The position numbers were made by a program, and so were the translations under genes. Positions 27,270 to 36,783 of a stretch of 64,000 bases of DNA are shown one piece after another. The stretch lies in NCBI GenBank assembly GCA_043720595.1, contig JAYSSK010000069.1, positions 35,480-99,479 on the forward strand, given 5' to 3'. Each line of letters opens with the position of its first letter. Position 1 is the stretch's first letter. A model generated the notes under the pieces. It did no database searches. It was not told the origin of the DNA and saw only the letters and a list, made by a program, of their open reading frames with translations. Source of the stretch: Acidimicrobiia bacterium. GTDB taxonomy: Bacteria; Actinomycetota; Acidimicrobiia; Acidimicrobiales; JANYDT01.

Positions 27270-28952
27270 ATGCTGCTTGATCTGCGCGCTGAAAAGCGCC
27301 CCGGGTTGCTTGGACGCAGCGACACGCTTGCCATGCTCGAGATCTATGTCGAGAAGGCCGTCAAACAGCTCCATATCGCTGTCCCAATTGTGACCGGTCC
27401 CGAAGGGATGGGCCGATCCGCTGTCCTACACGAATTGCTGGAGCGATCTCGCAACACCGGCCGAACCGGTGGTTACGGGTGCGTACGCTCCGGCCTCGGT
27501 CAAGCATTGATTGATGCAACGAGTTCACTCGCTGTTTCCATCAAGTCGTTGTACCCGGATAGCACCTGCACGGGCGACCTCATCGCTGCAGCAGAGGCGT
27601 TTCGCGGACGTAGCCCCGACGAAGCTACCGAGGAAGGCTTCGTGTCGGCCATCGACCACCTGCTGTACGCCCTGTGCACCGCGTTAGCAGAGGTGCCACG
27701 CGGATACGTGCTGTGCATTGACGATCTCCAGCTTGCAAACGACGGACGGGTGCGAGCTCTCCTCGAGGGACTCATCGCGCTCTCGTCCACGGGTGCGCCG
27801 ATCCCGGTAGTGCTCACCAGCTCGATCGGATTGGGCGTGCGGATCATTCCGCAAGGCCTTGACCAGCTGCAGCTCCGACCGCTCACAAACGCTGACCTCG
27901 CCGACATCGCGCAACGCCAAGGCGTGATCGCTACGCCTGAAGTGATCCGTCAAATTGGCGACTTCGTTGAAGGTCGACCTGGCCGTGCGATCGAGATCAT
28001 CGAACGGGCCTCCGCCAAGGGTCTCGTTGATGCCCACACGGTCCGGGCCGTTATTGCGGAGTCCAAGATTCTCGGTGCGGAACGGAGTGCTGCTGCCGAC
28101 GCCGAGCGTATTGCGGCCCAAGTGCGGACTGCCCCAGACATTCCTGAAGATGCCGCGAGCAAACCTTCGGCTTCGTCGGGTGGCTTCGATCGCACACTGC
28201 CAAGCGCGCATACGGATCACGTGGTGACCAAGTCGCAGGTGTACCTCGACGGCCTCGAATTTACCGATCCGACCCCCGTCGCCGGGGACGTACTTGACGG
28301 CTCGAGTGACGAGATGTCCGCAGTGATTGCGGCAACCGTTCAAACGAACATGTGGCTCGACGATGCTGTGGTGGCCCCCGACTACGGTGCCGTCAGTGTG
28401 GTCAGTTCAGAATCCAGCGATGACCGAGTCGTCAAAGGCGAACCGTCGGAGTCATCCGACGAGGTACCCGAACTGCTGGTTCCACTCCCGGAGGCCGAAA
28501 TCTTCACGCAGCCAAGCGAATTGCCGCTTGTCTCGCAGGAACCGGGCGAGTCGATAGCGATCCGCAGCGATTCCGCAGATGAACTGGTTCCGGTCGCTCA
28601 ACCGGCGGATTCAATTGCTCTGCCAGTTCGCCAAGGCGCACCGACCAGGTTTGGCGCAACGACCCCATCACACACTGCTGCAACGCCAGAGCTGATGCAG
28701 CTCACGCCCACGCAGCGCCGGGTACTGGATTGCGTGGCCGAATTGGGGTCGTCTGGCGGGTCGACCACCGCGGTGAAGGTATCGCTCGTCAAACGCTCAT
28801 TGGGTGAAGTGTCTCGTTTCGGTGGCGCAGCGTCGCCGGTGGGCGACGCGCTCACTGCTCTCAGTAGCGCCGGACTGCTGGCGCTTGCGGGCGAAACAGT
28901 GTCGCTGACCGAACTTGGTCACCGCCACGCTGCGCCCACGACTGCTGACTGA
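27270..28952 (+). CDS. AAA_16/STAND-like NTPase with Walker A Lys->Arg, acidic disordered linker and C-terminal winged-helix-like domain
   Basis: GRSDTLAMLEIYVEKA...VTGPEGMGRSAVLHELL (GxxGxGRS), YVLCIDDLQL (Walker B-like), about 200 aa of Ser/Asp/Glu/Pro-rich sequence, then LTPTQRRVLDCVAELGSSGG. Confidence 0.55.
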   Translation: MLLDLRAEKRPGLLGRSDTLAMLEIYVEKAVKQLHIAVPIVTGPEGMGRSAVLHELLERSRNTGRTGGYGCVRSGLGQALIDATSSLAVSIKSLYPDSTCTGDLIAAAEAFRGRSPDEATEEGFVSAIDHLLYALCTALAEVPRGYVLCIDDLQLANDGRVRALLEGLIALSSTGAPIPVVLTSSIGLGVRIIPQGLDQLQLRPLTNADLADIAQRQGVIATPEVIRQIGDFVEGRPGRAIEIIERASAKGLVDAHTVRAVIAESKILGAERSAAADAERIAAQVRTAPDIPEDAASKPSASSGGFDRTLPSAHTDHVVTKSQVYLDGLEFTDPTPVAGDVLDGSSDEMSAVIAATVQTNMWLDDAVVAPDYGAVSVVSSESSDDRVVKGEPSESSDEVPELLVPLPEAEIFTQPSELPLVSQEPGESIAIRSDSADELVPVAQPADSIALPVRQGAPTRFGATTPSHTAATPELMQLTPTQRRVLDCVAELGSSGGSTTAVKVSLVKRSLGEVSRFGGAASPVGDALTALSSAGLLALAGETVSLTELGHRHAAPTTAD

Positions 28953-28982
28953 GCGCCTCGGAGCAACCGACGGCGTGTCGGC

Positions 28983-29891
28983 GTGGAGGGCGCTACATTG
29001 CGCTCTGCCATGACTTCTCAATCCACGCCTGACAAGCTTGAACTGGCTCACAGCCCAGACGCCGTCGAAGACAAGAACCTCATCGTCGACGAGTTCTCCG
29101 AGCGTCTCGCGGCGTTCAAACAGTTGTCGAAAGACGACGTCGACGGTGCTTCGCAGATTCTCGATCGACTCGGTGCAAAGGGAAAAGTCGAAGCCGACAT
29201 CATCAAGGAAATGGCCGCCATCCGGCCCTTATGGCTGCCGGGGCGATTTGAGGAGGCGCACCGCATCGCAATGCGGGCGCTCGAAGTCCTCGATCGCAAC
29301 GGTGCCCGCGGCCCGAAGCTCCCATCGATGGGGCCTCTCAGCCCGGTCGCGTCGTTCCTCGTGCAACTCGTTGCACGGTTCATCGTTCGCAACCACCAGG
29401 CAGAAGTAATTAAAGCCATCAAGCACATCTACATTCGCCGCGAAGCGCAGTGCCCGCCGTCATCACCAGAACGGTTCATCGTTCGCCGCGCGCGCATCGA
29501 CGCCGAGCGCGTGCAACCCACTCTGCGGTCGAATCCAATTGGTGTGCCAGCGTTTCTGCTCGGCGGAGCGTTCCTCAGCTCCATCCTCTCCAGCATCGGG
29601 CGAGGGCTGTCCAATGCAAGTGGATCCAAAGCCGGTGTGCTCATCGCGGCACTCATCCTGTGCTTCGTGATCGCTGGTGTGTCGTGGACGGTTGTGCGAG
29701 GTGCAGCAGTGGCGCGCAGCCGTATTCGGCTCACTTTGGACAGGCCACTGAATGGGTTGTGGGAAACGATCGGTGCTGCTGGCAAACCGCCGAAAGATCA
29801 GTCGAGGGTGTTCGCCCTCATCGCGACCGTGCTGCCGCTCCTAGGGGCGTTGGTGTTGTTCGCCGGCGTGGTGTTCGCAGCGGTGCGCTGA
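28983..29891 (+). CDS. Hypothetical membrane protein (soluble N-terminal half, three C-terminal TM helices)
   Basis: GTG 28983 or ATG 29010. TM segments VPAFLLGGAFLSSILSSI, VLIAALILCFVIAGVSW and FALIATVLPLLGALVLFAGVVFAAV. Lies 30 bp downstream of 27270..28952. Confidence 0.5.
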   Translation: MEGATLRSAMTSQSTPDKLELAHSPDAVEDKNLIVDEFSERLAAFKQLSKDDVDGASQILDRLGAKGKVEADIIKEMAAIRPLWLPGRFEEAHRIAMRALEVLDRNGARGPKLPSMGPLSPVASFLVQLVARFIVRNHQAEVIKAIKHIYIRREAQCPPSSPERFIVRRARIDAERVQPTLRSNPIGVPAFLLGGAFLSSILSSIGRGLSNASGSKAGVLIAALILCFVIAGVSWTVVRGAAVARSRIRLTLDRPLNGLWETIGAAGKPPKDQSRVFALIATVLPLLGALVLFAGVVFAAVR

Positions 29892-29914
29892 AGACCGTTG
29901 GCGGCCGCCAGCTC

Positions 29915-31864
29915 TTACGCGCCGGCTCGGTATTCAACAACGAGATCCGCGATGTCGTTCATAATGCGCGTCAAGTCAAAGTCTTTCGGTGTGAACACTC
30001 GGGCTACTCCACCTGCGAGCAGTGCCGTTGCGTCGGCCTCAGGGATGATGCCGCCGACCACGATGGGCGCGTCGATGCCGATGGTTCGGAGTTGGTGCAC
30101 GAGGCTGGGGACAAGCTGCAGGTGAGATCCGGAGAGGATGGACAACCCAATCAGGTCTGGGTCCTCGTCTCGGGCAGAGGCAACGATCTCCTCGGGCGTT
30201 GAGCGGATGCCCTGGTAGATCACCTCCATGCCTGCATCGCGCGCAGCGACTGCGATCTGTTCGGCACCGTTCGAGTGACCGTCGAGACCGGGCTTGGCAA
30301 CAAGTACCCGGGGTGGACCGCCCGCCATGGTCCGTGATCGCGCAGCAACCGCAGAAAGGCCAGCGCTCGCCAAGGTGGTTCCGCCTCCGACCCCGGTAGG
30401 AGCACGGAACTCGCCGAACTCTGCGCGCAGCACGCCGGCCCAGTCCCCAGTGGTTCCGCCAGCTTTGGCGAGCGCGATGGACGGCTCCATGATGTTGGCT
30501 CCGGATCTCGCAGCATCGCGCAGCGAATCCGTCGCAGCAGCAACTGCCGCGTGGTCGCGCGATGCGCGCCACCGAGCGATGTCTTCGATTGCATCGATCT
30601 GGACAGCGGGGTCGACCGTAACGATCAGGTTGCCGGTCGACAGCGGCGAGGCCTCGGTCTCGGTGAAGCAGTTGACGCCGACAACCTTGATGTCGCCTGA
30701 CTCGATTCGACGAAGACGGTCCGTATGTGAACGTACTAGACGACTTTTGAGTTCGCCGATGCACTTGAAGGCACCGCCGCGGCTGAGGACGTCTTCGAGT
30801 TCTGTCCAGGCAGCGGCTTCCAGTTCCTTGGTCTTTGCTTCGACCACGTGGGACCCGTTGAACAGGTCGTCGTACTCCAACAGGTCCGTCTCGTATGCGA
30901 GGACTTGTTGAAGACGTAGTGACCATTGCTGATCCCACGGTGTTGGGAGGCCGAGCGCTTCGTTCCACGCTGGCAGCTGCACGGCACGCGCGCGAGCGTC
31001 TTTGGACAGGGTGACCCCGAGCATCTCCAATACAATGCGGGCCACGTTGTTCTCTGGTTGAGCCTCCGTCAGGCCGAGGGAGTTCACCTGCAGTCCGTAG
31101 CGAAACCGGCGAAGCTTCGGGTCGGTCACGCCATAACGCTCGGAGCAGATGCGGTCCCACAGTGATGTGAAGGCGCGCATCTTGCACAGCTCCTCGACGA
31201 ACCGGATGCCTGCATTCACGAAGAACGAGATTCGGCCAACGATGAGTGCGAAGTCCGTCTCGGGAATCTGGCCCCCGGCCTTCACTGCATCGAGCACATC
31301 GATCGCAGTAGCAAGTGCGTAGGCCAGTTCCTGAACCGTGGTGGCGCCAGCCTCCTGCAGGTGGTAGCTACAGACGTTGATGGGGTTCCATTTCGGAACG
31401 TTGACAACCGTGTACGACACCATGTCGACGATCAGCCGCTTGGATGCGTCGGGCGGGAAGATGTAGGTGCCGCGGGACAGGTATTCCTTCACGATGTCGT
31501 TCTGTGTTGTGCCTTGCAGACTGTGCCGGTCTGCCCCTTGCTCGTCGGCGTTGGCGAGATAGAGCGCAAGCATCCAGGCAGCTGTGGCGTTGATGGTCAT
31601 CGACGTGTTCATCCGCTCGGGTGGGATGTCGGCGAGGAGCGCGCGCATGTGCCCGAGGTGCGCGACGGGCACGCCAACCTTCCCGACTTCGCCGACAGCG
31701 CGCGGGTCGTCGGGGTCGTAACCAGTTTGGGTTGGCAGGTCGAACGCGATCGACAGACCGGTTTGACCCTTTGCCAAGTTGGTCCGGTACAGCTGGTTCG
31801 AGGCGGCAGCCGTCGAGTGGCCAGCGTAGGTACGCATGACCCAGGGAGCCTCTGGTCGATTCAT
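29915..31864 (-). CDS. ecm: Ethylmalonyl-CoA mutase (MeaA/Ecm-type B12-dependent acyl-CoA mutase, fused catalytic and B12-binding domains)
   Basis: PWVMRTYAGHSTAAASNQLYRTNLAKGQTGLSIAFDLPTQTGYD...TSMTINATA...GTTQNDIVKEYLSRGTYIFPP. C-terminal LVAKPGLDGHSNGAEQIA is the B12-binding DxHxxG-type motif. Confidence 0.8.
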   Translation of the reverse strand: MNRPEAPWVMRTYAGHSTAAASNQLYRTNLAKGQTGLSIAFDLPTQTGYDPDDPRAVGEVGKVGVPVAHLGHMRALLADIPPERMNTSMTINATAAWMLALYLANADEQGADRHSLQGTTQNDIVKEYLSRGTYIFPPDASKRLIVDMVSYTVVNVPKWNPINVCSYHLQEAGATTVQELAYALATAIDVLDAVKAGGQIPETDFALIVGRISFFVNAGIRFVEELCKMRAFTSLWDRICSERYGVTDPKLRRFRYGLQVNSLGLTEAQPENNVARIVLEMLGVTLSKDARARAVQLPAWNEALGLPTPWDQQWSLRLQQVLAYETDLLEYDDLFNGSHVVEAKTKELEAAAWTELEDVLSRGGAFKCIGELKSRLVRSHTDRLRRIESGDIKVVGVNCFTETEASPLSTGNLIVTVDPAVQIDAIEDIARWRASRDHAAVAAATDSLRDAARSGANIMEPSIALAKAGGTTGDWAGVLRAEFGEFRAPTGVGGGTTLASAGLSAVAARSRTMAGGPPRVLVAKPGLDGHSNGAEQIAVAARDAGMEVIYQGIRSTPEEIVASARDEDPDLIGLSILSGSHLQLVPSLVHQLRTIGIDAPIVVGGIIPEADATALLAGGVARVFTPKDFDLTRIMNDIADLVVEYRAGA

Positions 31865-31967
31865 CCGATCAGTCTTGCCGTGTTTGACCGACGGTTACCA
31901 GACGCCGATTCGTGAAACGACCGGTCCGGCGGGCTGGCGGTGTGCAATACAAGCGTGCAGAGTGTTA

Positions 31968-32300
31968 TCAGGCGTCGGCGTTAACGGCGCTGTGCGGAGC
32001 AGAGTTTCCACACAGGTCGGTGGGTTTTGCGTGGTCGAGGTGAAACCGCGTGACCTGCTGGCGGTCTTGTGCAGCGTGTTGTTGGTACCAACGCCAGACG
32101 AACCAGGCCGGCGGACCGAACGCGATGGCTGACCCGACGGTGCCGAAGAACTTTCCAACGTTTTCGCCTTGTGTCCTTGCGGTGATGAGGATCGCGAGGG
32201 TGACTACCACGATGTTCCATACGAAGAAGCCAACGCCGACCAACACCCAACGGGGAATATTCGGTTCATCACGCTTACCCATGCTTTCAGTCTTGCTCAT
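31968..32300 (-). CDS. Small membrane protein, unknown function
   Basis: ORF 31968..32498 trimmed to MSKTESMGKRDEPNIPRWVLVGVGFFVWNIVVVTLAILI. Two hydrophobic helices. Confidence 0.45.
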   Translation of the reverse strand: MSKTESMGKRDEPNIPRWVLVGVGFFVWNIVVVTLAILITARTQGENVGKFFGTVGSAIAFGPPAWFVWRWYQQHAAQDRQQVTRFHLDHAKPTDLCGNSAPHSAVNADA

Positions 32301-32327
32301 TGAGAGAGATTCGGTATCCTCACCAAC

Positions 32328-32717
32328 ATGCCCGCAACTCGCCGTTCGCTCGACATGGTGGCCGAAGCCTCGGCCCGCATCCGCACCTATTCTGTGCCCG
32401 ACGCGGTGGCCAAACTGGGAGCCGACGGTGTCACCTTCGTCGACCTGCGTGATCCGCGGGAACTGGAACGCGACGGACGCATTCCGGGTGCACTGCACGC
32501 GACGAGGGGAATGTTGGAGTTCTGGGTGGATCCGGAGAGCCCCTACTACCGGTCCATCTTCGGTGAGGACAGAGAGTTTGTGCTGTTCTGCGGCGGTGGG
32601 TGGCGGTCAGCCCTCGCTGCCGCCACGCTCCTCGACATGGGTTTCGACCACGCGTCGGTGGCGCACGTAGACGGTGGCTTTGCAGCCTGGAAAAAGGCTG
32701 ACGCTCCGATCGAGTAG
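32328..32717 (+). CDS. Rhodanese-domain sulfurtransferase
   Basis: FVDLRDPRELERDGRIPGALH...FVLFCGGGWRSALAA (active-site Cys loop). Confidence 0.75.
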   Translation: MPATRRSLDMVAEASARIRTYSVPDAVAKLGADGVTFVDLRDPRELERDGRIPGALHATRGMLEFWVDPESPYYRSIFGEDREFVLFCGGGWRSALAAATLLDMGFDHASVAHVDGGFAAWKKADAPIE

Positions 32718-32763
32718 ATCGGGTCGCAGTTCCATCAGGTTGGTCCGACTCAATCTGTGGCGC

Positions 32764-33255
32764 TCATCGTTTCGCAATCGCGACGAACGTTGCGCCGGTG
32801 AGCGTTGCCAGGTCAGCCGGTGAGAGTTCGATTTCGAGGCCACGGCGTCCACCGCTCACAAAAACCGTCTCCCACAATTGGGCGTCCTCATCGATCAGAG
32901 TTCGTAGACGTTGGCGTTGGCCCAACGGGCTAATTCCCCCAAGGACATACCCTGTCGATCGCTGCGCATCTTTGTGGTCGGCCATCTCAGCGCGGCGCGC
33001 CCCGACAGCACTGGCCACCAGCTTCATGTCGCACGACGCATTGGATGGAACAACGGCTACGACCAGCTCATCTCGCTGTTCGCCCTTGATGGAAACAACA
33101 AGGGTCTTATGGACACGTCCCGGTTCGATGTTCAATGCTAGTGATGCTTCGTGCGCATATGAAGTGGATGCCGGGTCGTGAGTGTATTCGTGGAATTGGT
33201 GTGGCACAGCTGCCTTAGTCACCGCCGCGGTTGCGGGTGTTCCCTTTCCGCTCAT
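32764..33255 (-). CDS. ybaK: Cys-tRNA(Pro)/Cys-tRNA(Cys) deacylase (YbaK/EbsC family)
   Basis: TPATAAVTKAAVPHQFHEY...VHKTLVV...TGYVLGGISPLGQ...VFVSGGRRGLEIEL. Confidence 0.8.
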   Translation of the reverse strand: MSGKGTPATAAVTKAAVPHQFHEYTHDPASTSYAHEASLALNIEPGRVHKTLVVSIKGEQRDELVVAVVPSNASCDMKLVASAVGARRAEMADHKDAQRSTGYVLGGISPLGQRQRLRTLIDEDAQLWETVFVSGGRRGLEIELSPADLATLTGATFVAIAKR

Positions 33256-33360
33256 CGTCGAACGTCTGTTGGGAAAGCGGACATGTCATCTGGGTCGATC
33301 GACTGCAGCACGACACGCAGTTTGCTCCAGCACCCTGGCACCCGCCAGTAGGGTTGAGAC

Positions 33361-33894
33361 ATGGCAACTGTGAACCCCACCGCAACCTGTGAGACCAGCC
33401 TCGGCACCTTCGAGGTCGAGCTTTTCCTACGTGAAATGCCCCTGACCGCCGGAAATTTCATCGAGTTGGCAGAAAGCGGCTTTTACAACGGCCTGCACTT
33501 CCACCGAGTCATTGACAGCTTCATGATCCAGTTCGGGTGCCCGCACAGCAAAGACCCGTTCAGCTCGCAGGCAGGCACGGGGCAGAGCCCCAAGGGCCGC
33601 ATCCGCGACGAGTTCCCAGACAACTTCAAGTTGTCAAACAAACCAGGCACGCTGTCGATGGCCAATACGGGTCAACCTAACTCGGGCGGGTCCCAGTTCT
33701 TTATCAACACCGTCGACAACGGTCGCCTTGACTGGTTCTCGCCCGGCGCGTCTCGTCACCCTGTTTTTGGCAAGATTGTGGGCGGAGCCGAGGTCGTTGC
33801 GGCCATCGAGAAGACTCAGACCGACAATCGTGACCGTCCGGTCACGCCGGTCCAGATGATCTCCGTCACAATCAACAAGCCAGCAGAAGCCTGA
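33361..33894 (+). CDS. Peptidyl-prolyl cis-trans isomerase (cyclophilin type), cytoplasmic
   Basis: [33 protein letters not shown]. Confidence 0.9.
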   Translation: MATVNPTATCETSLGTFEVELFLREMPLTAGNFIELAESGFYNGLHFHRVIDSFMIQFGCPHSKDPFSSQAGTGQSPKGRIRDEFPDNFKLSNKPGTLSMANTGQPNSGGSQFFINTVDNGRLDWFSPGASRHPVFGKIVGGAEVVAAIEKTQTDNRDRPVTPVQMISVTINKPAEA

Positions 33895-33912
33895 TTCCCT
33901 GCTTGCTCCAGT

Positions 33913-33931
33913 CCGGCCCGGAATGGGCCGG
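33913..33931. terminator. GC-rich hairpin between convergent cyclophilin genes
   Basis: CCGGCCC-ggaat-GGGCCGG, 19 bp after the ppiase stop. No clear U-tract. Confidence 0.3.
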
Positions 33932-33994
33932 GCTATTCGTTAGCAACAGCGCTTCTTTAGCTACGGCGCTTCGTGAGCCACGGCGCTTCGTGAG

Positions 33995-34810
33995 CTACTG
34001 AGCAGCGGCAGTCGTTGAGGTGGCGGCTGTGCCGCCTTCGCCTTCGGCGACAATTTCAAGGCTCTTGATCGTCACCAGCTGCGAAGAGACCTCAGAGCCC
34101 TCGACTGCAAGCGCATCGATTTTTCGAACGACGTCCAGGCCCTGGCTGACCTTGCCGAGCGGGGCAAAATCCGCCGGGTTGAGCGCCGTGCCCGATGCCC
34201 CAGAGATGATCAGAAATTGGCTTCCGTTCGCCCGGTCAGCCATGACAACTGATCCCGGCTGTAGCGCTTCTGATCCGGACTCGGTCGGAATTGTGTAGCC
34301 GGGGCCACCTTCGCCGCTTGCGTCTGGGCTACCGCTCTGCACGAGGAAGTCCCCGATGACCCGGTGGAAAGGGAGCCCGTCGTAGAAGCTGTACCTCGCC
34401 AGGTACACGAAGTTGTTTACTGTTTTCGGCGCCGCGTTCTGATCAAGGTCGATCCAGATGGTGCCCTTGTCAGTTTTGACTTTTGCTCGGTACTTCGCAG
34501 CCAGGTCGATGCACATCGGCGGGTCCAGCGGGAAAGCCCGGGTTTGGTTGTTTCCACCCGTGGGGTTGGGACACGGCAGCGCCTCGGGCGCGACGGTGGT
34601 TGGCGGAAGGGTGGTCGCGGTGGTCGTGGCGATCGGCGTTGCCAGCGTGACATCGGGCACCGTCGGGGCAGCAGATTCGGTGTCTCGTACCGCTGACCCG
34701 ACAAGCGCCGCGATCGCCGTCAGGGCCACAACCCCGCCGGCAACGACCATTGCCCGGCCCCGCAGCCCACGGGAGTCACCAAGTTCATCGTCTGTTTCGT
34801 ACGTGGCCAT
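33995..34810 (-). CDS. Membrane-anchored/secreted cyclophilin-type peptidyl-prolyl isomerase
   Basis: ORF trimmed to MATYETDDELGDSRGLRGRAMVVAGGVVALTAIAALV (TM anchor). FHRVIGDFLVQSGSP...GGPGYTIP. Confidence 0.8.
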   Translation of the reverse strand: MATYETDDELGDSRGLRGRAMVVAGGVVALTAIAALVGSAVRDTESAAPTVPDVTLATPIATTTATTLPPTTVAPEALPCPNPTGGNNQTRAFPLDPPMCIDLAAKYRAKVKTDKGTIWIDLDQNAAPKTVNNFVYLARYSFYDGLPFHRVIGDFLVQSGSPDASGEGGPGYTIPTESGSEALQPGSVVMADRANGSQFLIISGASGTALNPADFAPLGKVSQGLDVVRKIDALAVEGSEVSSQLVTIKSLEIVAEGEGGTAATSTTAAAQ

Positions 34811-34914
34811 ATGGTTCAGGGTAGTCCACCCCCTGGGCAATTGAGGGGATCGCACCACCGTGCAACCCCCTCCCGGTAGGCTGGCGGGTGCCTGTTCCGG
34901 GCCGAGCTCTTGTA

Positions 34915-36783
34915 ATGCGCCATCGTCGAACGTCCCGCCATGCCTTTCTCCGTGTCCCTCTCCACGCGGCTGCTAGCCACGCGCGGGGCGTTGCTCGTGC
35001 CGTGTTCCTCTCAGCGTTCGTCGCTGTGTTCGTCGTCGGTCCACGTGCGGCAGCACTGATTCCGGCGGAGACGTCCACAACCATTGCCCCAGTGCCTGCG
35101 GCTACAACCTCAACGACAGCGCTGCTTCCCACGCCGTCAGCCGCTCCACCAACGGTGCCATCGGCCATTCCGTCAGCTGTGCCGTCGCTCGTCACCCCCA
35201 ACGAAGCGATTTCGGTTGCTTCTCCTTCTAGCCTTCCAGAGTCGTCGAGCACGATCGTTGTGTCAGCGGTTCCATCGGAAGCGACCTCTTCGATTCCGCC
35301 TGGTTCCTCATCGACTATCCCGACCGATGGGCTGGTCTCGACCATTCCAACGGGCTCGTCTCTTCCGGGGCATCGAGAGAACGAGCTCACGGATTTCTTC
35401 CTCGTCCCGGGGGTCGATCCATCGACCGGTGCCAACTTCGACGACGCCCTGCCTGAAGAAGTGCCGTTGACCGGGTTTTCGGCCTCAACGTATGGGTCTC
35501 CTTTCATCGGCACCTCCTTTGCTGCTGAGCTGGCGAAACTGACGGCCGGGGAGCGGCAACGGGTTCTCGACATTCAGGCTCGCCTCGCAGAGGCAACCAA
35601 ACGAGTGGATGCAGCGAAGGATTCCCTTGAAGCGCTCACCAACTCTGGCCGGCAGAGCCAAGACGACCTTGCCAACCTGCACGCACTACGAGACCGCCTC
35701 GCTGTGTCGATGCGCCAACGCGCCTTGCGCCAGTACACCGGGGAATCGGCCCGCTATCTGCGTCTGATCCTTGAGGCAAAAGACCTCAACGTGCTCCGCC
35801 GTCGGACGGACCTCATTTCGCAAGCACAACGGCGTGATGCTGCGCTGGTCCAGACGTACCGGCAGTCTGCGCGCTCGTTGGAGGAGGAAACAGCGCAATT
35901 CAACGCCATCAAGGAAGCACGTCAGTTCGAGATCGATCAGCTGGTGGCTGACCAAGCAGCGCTCACGAAGGATTTCGATTCGTTGAGCGCGTTGCTGGGT
36001 GCGCTCGATGCACCGGTTGCGTTCGAAGGCTTCGTGTTCCCCGTGCAACCGCCTTACGCCTACATCGATACCTATGGGGCAGACCGAATGATGGGGTCCG
36101 CCTTCCAGCACCAGCACCAAGGTGTTGACATCTTCGCCCGCGAGGGGACCCCTGTCGTAGCCACGAAGCGCGGCGTCGTGTACAGCATCGGCGTAGCTCG
36201 CCTCGGCGGAAATCGGGTATGGCTCAAGGATGTCGATGGCACCTGCTACTACTACGCACACTTAGTATCCTTCGCAAGTGGACTGTACGAGAACAAGATC
36301 GTCGAGTCAGGGGAAGTGCTCGGCTTCGTCGGAACCACCGGCAACGCCGTCGGCACACCACCTCACCTTCACTACGAGATTCATCCTCAGTGCGGCGGAC
36401 CCACCAACCCGACGCCGATTCTCAAAGCAGTCGAGAACAGCAACCTCGAACAGTACGTGGCAGCGGTCCGCCCCGTGTTCGGTGGAGGGCAGCTCCCAAC
36501 TGGTGCAGCTCCAGTCGTGACGACGGTTCCAGGCGCACAACCACAGCCTGGCGTAACGGTCGCATCCACCCGGCCAGGGCAGGGGGCACCGCCGCCGCTG
36601 ATTGGAAATGCTCCCGGAGGCAGTACCAAGGTTGTTCCTACTTCGGGAGTGCTCCGCCCCGCGGCAACGCTCAAGGCAGTGGCCGTTCCCCAAGGCAATA
36701 AGGTCACCATTCCGCCACCGACCACGGCACCACCGTCAACGAAGACAACCTCGACCAAGCCGACCACAAAGCCCGGAGGATAA
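34915..36783 (+). CDS. Secreted M23-family peptidoglycan metalloendopeptidase with Pro/Ser/Thr-rich and coiled-coil regions
   Basis: HQGVDIFAREGTPVVA and GTPPHLHYEIHP (the HxxxD / HxH zinc motifs). N-terminal signal/anchor AVFLSAFVAVFVVG. Start is 34915 or 34888. Confidence 0.8.
   Translation: MRHRRTSRHAFLRVPLHAAASHARGVARAVFLSAFVAVFVVGPRAAALIPAETSTTIAPVPAATTSTTALLPTPSAAPPTVPSAIPSAVPSLVTPNEAISVASPSSLPESSSTIVVSAVPSEATSSIPPGSSSTIPTDGLVSTIPTGSSLPGHRENELTDFFLVPGVDPSTGANFDDALPEEVPLTGFSASTYGSPFIGTSFAAELAKLTAGERQRVLDIQARLAEATKRVDAAKDSLEALTNSGRQSQDDLANLHALRDRLAVSMRQRALRQYTGESARYLRLILEAKDLNVLRRRTDLISQAQRRDAALVQTYRQSARSLEEETAQFNAIKEARQFEIDQLVADQAALTKDFDSLSALLGALDAPVAFEGFVFPVQPPYAYIDTYGADRMMGSAFQHQHQGVDIFAREGTPVVATKRGVVYSIGVARLGGNRVWLKDVDGTCYYYAHLVSFASGLYENKIVESGEVLGFVGTTGNAVGTPPHLHYEIHPQCGGPTNPTPILKAVENSNLEQYVAAVRPVFGGGQLPTGAAPVVTTVPGAQPQPGVTVASTRPGQGAPPPLIGNAPGGSTKVVPTSGVLRPAATLKAVAVPQGNKVTIPPPTTAPPSTKTTSTKPTTKPGG

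Noticed and set aside
30039-31187. 382-aa minus-strand ORF in an alternative frame within ecm.
   Set aside because: The frame at 29915..31864 gives an uninterrupted MeaA-like mutase. The alternative frame is Arg/Pro-rich with no motifs.
31865-31967. Possible cobalamin riboswitch upstream of the B12-dependent mutase.
   Set aside because: The gap is about 100 nt, too short for the element, and no B12-box-like sequence was seen.
34811-34914. Possible cyclic-di-AMP (ydaO-type) riboswitch upstream of the M23 cell-wall hydrolase.
   Set aside because: The leader is only about 100 nt and I could not recognise the conserved pseudo-symmetric core. It would need cmscan to revisit.
34785-35573. 262-aa minus-strand ORF.
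   Set aside because: It is antisense to the 5' part of the M23 peptidase gene and overlaps the cyclophilin gene start. The Gly/Ala/Thr/Ser-rich shadow translation mirrors the Pro/Ser/Thr-rich region on the plus strand.
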